A DNA stretch of 39,387 nucleotides from Planctomycetota bacterium (lineage in GTDB: Bacteria; Planctomycetota; UBA1135). The DNA lies in the NCBI GenBank assembly GCA_045047305.1, contig JASFYO010000024.1, forward strand, positions 1 through 39,387. The letters are read 5' to 3'. The position numbers were made by a program, and so were the translations under genes. This document shows, piece after piece, positions 36,301 to 39,387 of this stretch. The notes below the pieces were generated by a model, which saw nothing but the letters and a program-made list of their open reading frames with translations, had not been told where the DNA came from and did no database searches. Position 1 is the first letter of the stretch. The number at the start of each line of letters is the position of its first letter.

Positions 36301-38109
36301 TTAGCGGTCACGGCGACTCTTCTGTGCGCGACGCGGCACCTTGCCGTCGGAGCGTACAGGAGAAATGCGCAACATTTGCTGACACACGCGAGCCCGACCT
36401 AGGGTGCGGAAGATTTCTTCCGGCATGCCTTCTGGTAAGTCTACGGTGCTGAAGTCTTCGTAGATTTCAATCTTGCCAATGAAGCGGCCTTCAAGCCCGG
36501 CTTCGTTGGCGATGGCACCCACAAGGCTTCCAGGCTGAACGCCGTGCTCGTGTCCAACTTCTACGCGGTAACGCACCATGCCTGCTTCGGCACTGGATTC
36601 AACCCGCGGCTTTGGACCGCGGCGCTCAAAACGCTCACCACCGCGGCGGTCGTCGCGATAATCATCGCGCCCGCCACGTCCATCGCGTCCGCCGTGCATG
36701 CGCTCTTCGTAACGCTCTTTGCGGTTGGAACGATCGGCAAAGGCTTCTTCACGATCGTGGCGCTGCTCTTGCACTAAAAGCGGGCGGTCGCCCTGGGCCA
36801 AGGAAGCAAGGCCGGCCGCAAGCTTCTCCGCACTGAGCTCTTCGTTGTCCTCAAGGAATCCCTTCACCAGGTTCTCGAAGAACTCCATTTGCGGGTTCTC
36901 CATAGCCTCGAGCATTTTGGCCTTAAAGCGGTTGATACGCGTGCGGTTGACGTCGTCGGTGGTCGGCAACTGCATTTGATCAATCGGGCGACGGATGACG
37001 CGCTCAATCGAACGTAGCAAACGCTTCTCGCGCGGTGCGACAAACAGGATGGCCTCGCCGGTCCGACCTGCACGACCAGTACGGCCGATGCGGTGCACAT
37101 AAGCTTCGGTATCGGTTGGGATATCGAAGTTAATCACGTGACTGATGCGCGTGACATCTAGACCACGTGCGGCAACATCGGTGGCTACCACAATGTCTAA
37201 CTTGCCACTCTTTAAGCGTTCCACGGTGCGCTCACGCAGAGATTGGGCAATGTCGCCACTCAAAGGTGCTGCGGCATAACCGCGCGCTTCCAGCTTCTCG
37301 GCGAGAATGGTGGTGGAGTTACGCGTGCGCACGAACACCAACATGGCGTCGAACTCTTCGACTTCCAAAATGCGGGTGAGTGCATCTAGCTTGCGCGGGC
37401 CACTGACCACCTGATAACGCTGGTTAATGGTGTCGGCAGTTGCATGACGCTCCTTGATCAACACCTCTTCAGGCTCGTTCAAGTAAGTCTGTGCAACGCG
37501 ACGGATTGCCGACGGCATGGTTGCCGAGAACAGCGCAATCTGACGATCGGAAGGAGTTTGGTCGAGGATCCAAGTGACATCCTCAATGAAACCCATGTGG
37601 AGCATCTCGTCGGCCTCGTCCAGCACTGCTGCTTTCAAGTTCGACAGGTCCAAAGTTCCACGCTTGATGTGGTCGGTCACACGGCCGGGAGTTCCGACAA
37701 CCACGTGCACACCACGCTTCAAAGGGCGCAGTTGCAGTGGGTAAGCTTGACCGCCGTAAATCGGCAGCACATGAAAGCCCTTCATGTAGCGCGCGTATTT
37801 CTGGAAGGATTCAGCTACCTGAATCGCCAGCTCGCGGGTGGGGCAAAGCACCAACACCTGAGGCGCGGCAACTTTGAGGTCGATCTTCGCCAGCAGAGGC
37901 AGCGCAAAAGCAGCCGTTTTACCGGTGCCAGTTTGCGCCTGGCCTACGATGTCCTTGCCTTCTAGAAGCAGAGGGATCGTGTTAGCCTGAATTGCAGACG
38001 GGGACTCATAGCCCGCATCGGCAATTGCTTTGACGAGGAAGTCGGGTAGACCAAGGGAATCAAATCCCGGGGTCACAGGGGTTTCAGTTACAGTTTCGTT
38101 TTCGGACAT
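36301..38109 (-). CDS. deaD: DEAD-box RNA helicase DeaD/CsdA with DbpA-type RNA-binding domain
   Basis: AQTGTGKT, PTRELA, TPGR, DEADEM, FSAT, VATDVAARGLD and YVHRIGRTGRAG; C-terminal RYRVEVGHEHGVQPGSLVGAIANEAG. Confidence 0.95.
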   Translation of the reverse strand: MSENETVTETPVTPGFDSLGLPDFLVKAIADAGYESPSAIQANTIPLLLEGKDIVGQAQTGTGKTAAFALPLLAKIDLKVAAPQVLVLCPTRELAIQVAESFQKYARYMKGFHVLPIYGGQAYPLQLRPLKRGVHVVVGTPGRVTDHIKRGTLDLSNLKAAVLDEADEMLHMGFIEDVTWILDQTPSDRQIALFSATMPSAIRRVAQTYLNEPEEVLIKERHATADTINQRYQVVSGPRKLDALTRILEVEEFDAMLVFVRTRNSTTILAEKLEARGYAAAPLSGDIAQSLRERTVERLKSGKLDIVVATDVAARGLDVTRISHVINFDIPTDTEAYVHRIGRTGRAGRTGEAILFVAPREKRLLRSIERVIRRPIDQMQLPTTDDVNRTRINRFKAKMLEAMENPQMEFFENLVKGFLEDNEELSAEKLAAGLASLAQGDRPLLVQEQRHDREEAFADRSNRKERYEERMHGGRDGRGGRDDYRDDRRGGERFERRGPKPRVESSAEAGMVRYRVEVGHEHGVQPGSLVGAIANEAGLEGRFIGKIEIYEDFSTVDLPEGMPEEIFRTLGRARVCQQMLRISPVRSDGKVPRRAQKSRRDR

Positions 38110-38208
38110 CACACCAATGCCCGTAAAATAGGGCTGCAGTCGGCCTGACGTAGACCGAGGCGCTTATTATCCCCGATAATCGGGTTTTTGGATAGCCCCT
38201 AAGCGAAA

Positions 38209-38379
38209 TTAAACATTTTCGCGCGCAGCGAGAGCTTCCCAGCGCTCCATGTCCACAATCTATACCACCAAAGCTTCAAACGCGCGCAAGGTTTTTTGGT
38301 TGTGTGCGTTATTCGGCTCGTCGAGGATGATTAATTTGTAAGCGAAAAGGAGAAGTGTCGTGGGTTGCACTTGGACCAG
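38209..38379 (-). pseudogene. Possible remnant of an ABC-F (Uup/EttA-like) ATPase gene
   Basis: One frame reads LLLFAYKLIILDEPNNAHNQKTLRAFEALVV*IVDMERWEALAARENV*: a Walker-B/D-loop-like segment plus a Uup-like ERWE terminus, with an internal TAG at 38260-38262. Confidence 0.35.
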
Positions 38380-38381
38380 CT

Positions 38382-38465
38382 TTCGCATTCTTATTGCCCG
38401 ACTTATTGCTCCCACAATTCCCAGATGGGATCACCGAAGCGGTCACGATTGAGGTTTTGCCTTGA
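38382..38465 (+). pseudogene. Orphan 3' end of a paralogue of the gene at 1-333 (diverged repeat of 250-333)
   Basis: FAFLLPDLLLPQFPDGITEAVTIEVLP* versus FAFMLPDPLLPQYPDGMTEAVTIEVLP*; 70/84 nt identical by manual alignment; similarity stops upstream of about 38380. Confidence 0.8.
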
Positions 38466-38523
38466 TGGGAAACTCAATCATTCCCCACTTCATTCCCAAT
38501 TACCTGTGTAGACTTTCCTAGTT

Positions 38524-39387
38524 ATGCCTGGAATCACCCTCCGCTCCTTCCTTCTCCTCATCGCTGTATGTGGCCTTTGCGGGACACTAAGCAGCCAAGT
38601 GTTTCAATATGACTACGACGGGATTCCGAATCCCATCGCTCAGCTCTCCGATATCGATGGAGACGGGATTCCGGAATACCTCACGGGGGTGGTGCGCAAT
38701 CAAGAGCCTTTCATGCAGATCTACTCTCTTGCCTTGAACCAGCCCCTCGTGGAGTGGGGGCTGGGGGTCAATGTTTCGGGGCCAATTCTGGAAGACTTGA
38801 TGCTTCCCTTTGATTTGAATCAAGATGGATTTCTGGATATATTTTTCAGACAGGCTACAAGTAACCAAGGCTGCCTCGTGGCCTACAGCGGTCTTGACGG
38901 TACGCTCATTTGGGAGAGGAACGATTTCCTGGCACCGACTAGCCCCTTTGGCATCCCCACGGCCATCGGTGATAGAAATGGCGATGGAATTGTTGATTTC
39001 GTTACTGCGCTTGCCGGCGGTGAAATCGTGCATTTATCTGGCGTCGATGGCTCTACTTTGCAACGAAACCCAAGCGGTTTTCTCAACGCCGCCGAACACT
39101 ATTACCCTGCAGGTGATTTAGATGGAGATGGAATTCCAGATTACTTCGCGGAACTCTTCGGCTCAGCCTGGGCCTTCTCAGGCGCCACCGACACTGTGCT
39201 CTTTTCTTTGCCCATCGGCATTGAACGAAGCCACCATAGCTTAGCGGGAGTCGGCGATGTCAACGGAGATGGCTACGATGATTTCGCCTACTTTCCGGAG
39301 GAATCCTTGGAGGGGCGGCAGCCTTTGGAGGTCTGGACCGGCTCTCCTCCAAGAAGACTTGGGATTGTTCCCGGGCACCATCATGGT
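38524..39387 (+). CDS. Secreted FG-GAP/VCBS (integrin-alpha-like beta-propeller) repeat protein, 3'-truncated by the window (absent from the ORF track)
   Basis: ATG 38524 gives MPGITLRSFLLLIAVCGLCG (signal peptide). Ca-binding repeats DIDGDGIPE, DLNQDGFLD, GDRNGDGIVD, GDLDGDGIPD and GDVNGDGYDD. Frame is open to the window end. Confidence 0.85.
   Translation, partial: MPGITLRSFLLLIAVCGLCGTLSSQVFQYDYDGIPNPIAQLSDIDGDGIPEYLTGVVRNQEPFMQIYSLALNQPLVEWGLGVNVSGPILEDLMLPFDLNQDGFLDIFFRQATSNQGCLVAYSGLDGTLIWERNDFLAPTSPFGIPTAIGDRNGDGIVDFVTALAGGEIVHLSGVDGSTLQRNPSGFLNAAEHYYPAGDLDGDGIPDYFAELFGSAWAFSGATDTVLFSLPIGIERSHHSLAGVGDVNGDGYDDFAYFPEESLEGRQPLEVWTGSPPRRLGIVPGHHHG

Noticed and set aside
38166..38180. Fur box upstream of deaD
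   Set aside because: The GATAAT half-sites have the wrong order and spacing relative to GATAAT-N7-ATTATC.
334..38381. The 38 kb between the repeats as an integrated element with att sites
   Set aside because: No integrase, transposase or phage genes are present, the content is ordinary chromosomal genes, and the repeats are only 83% identical.
38524..39387. Window is circular, with the FG-GAP ORF continuing in frame into position 1
   Set aside because: The frames do join (864 nt), but that has a 1-in-3 chance; there is no terminal overlap and no replication gene.
1..39387. CRISPR arrays, tRNA or rRNA genes, riboswitches
   Set aside because: Intergenic gaps are short and I saw no spaced repeats or cloverleaf signatures; a covariance-model scan (Infernal/Rfam) would be needed to fully exclude small RNAs.

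Overview
Dense bacterial chromosomal segment (roughly mid-50s % GC by eye) with 30 CDS calls and no rRNA, tRNA, CRISPR array or recognisable mobile element. Gene content (sulfatase, prenyltransferase/squalene-oxidase-repeat secreted proteins, carboxypeptidase-regulatory-like and FG-GAP proteins) suggests a Planctomycetota-like organism; this is inference only. Recognisable genes include a NagZ-type GH3 with an SSS transporter and BI-1/YccA, IaaA, a DMT transporter, arylsulfatase, MltA, esterase, HI0933 flavoprotein, amidohydrolase-3, an OmpR-family two-component system, OPT transporter, di-haem cytochrome c peroxidase, an M1-like peptidase and DeaD. The best candidate for an undescribed system is the tightly coupled operon at 27676-31501. 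It encodes a divergent Lgt paralogue, a Tes/GDGT-MAS-like radical SAM enzyme, two paralogous small membrane proteins that each end in a basic-hydrophobic-Cys, lipobox-like tail, and a secreted beta-propeller. This suggests dedicated lipidation and lipid-tail cross-linking of small membrane proteins or short ribosomal lipopeptides. Other observations are pervasive leaderless-type promoters, an 11-bp-periodic OmpR-type box, three gene remnants in intergenic DNA, and an 84-nt diverged repeat linking the two ends of the window. Several start codons were moved from the ORF track on signal-peptide, overlap and promoter evidence. All family assignments come from motif recognition, not database searches.
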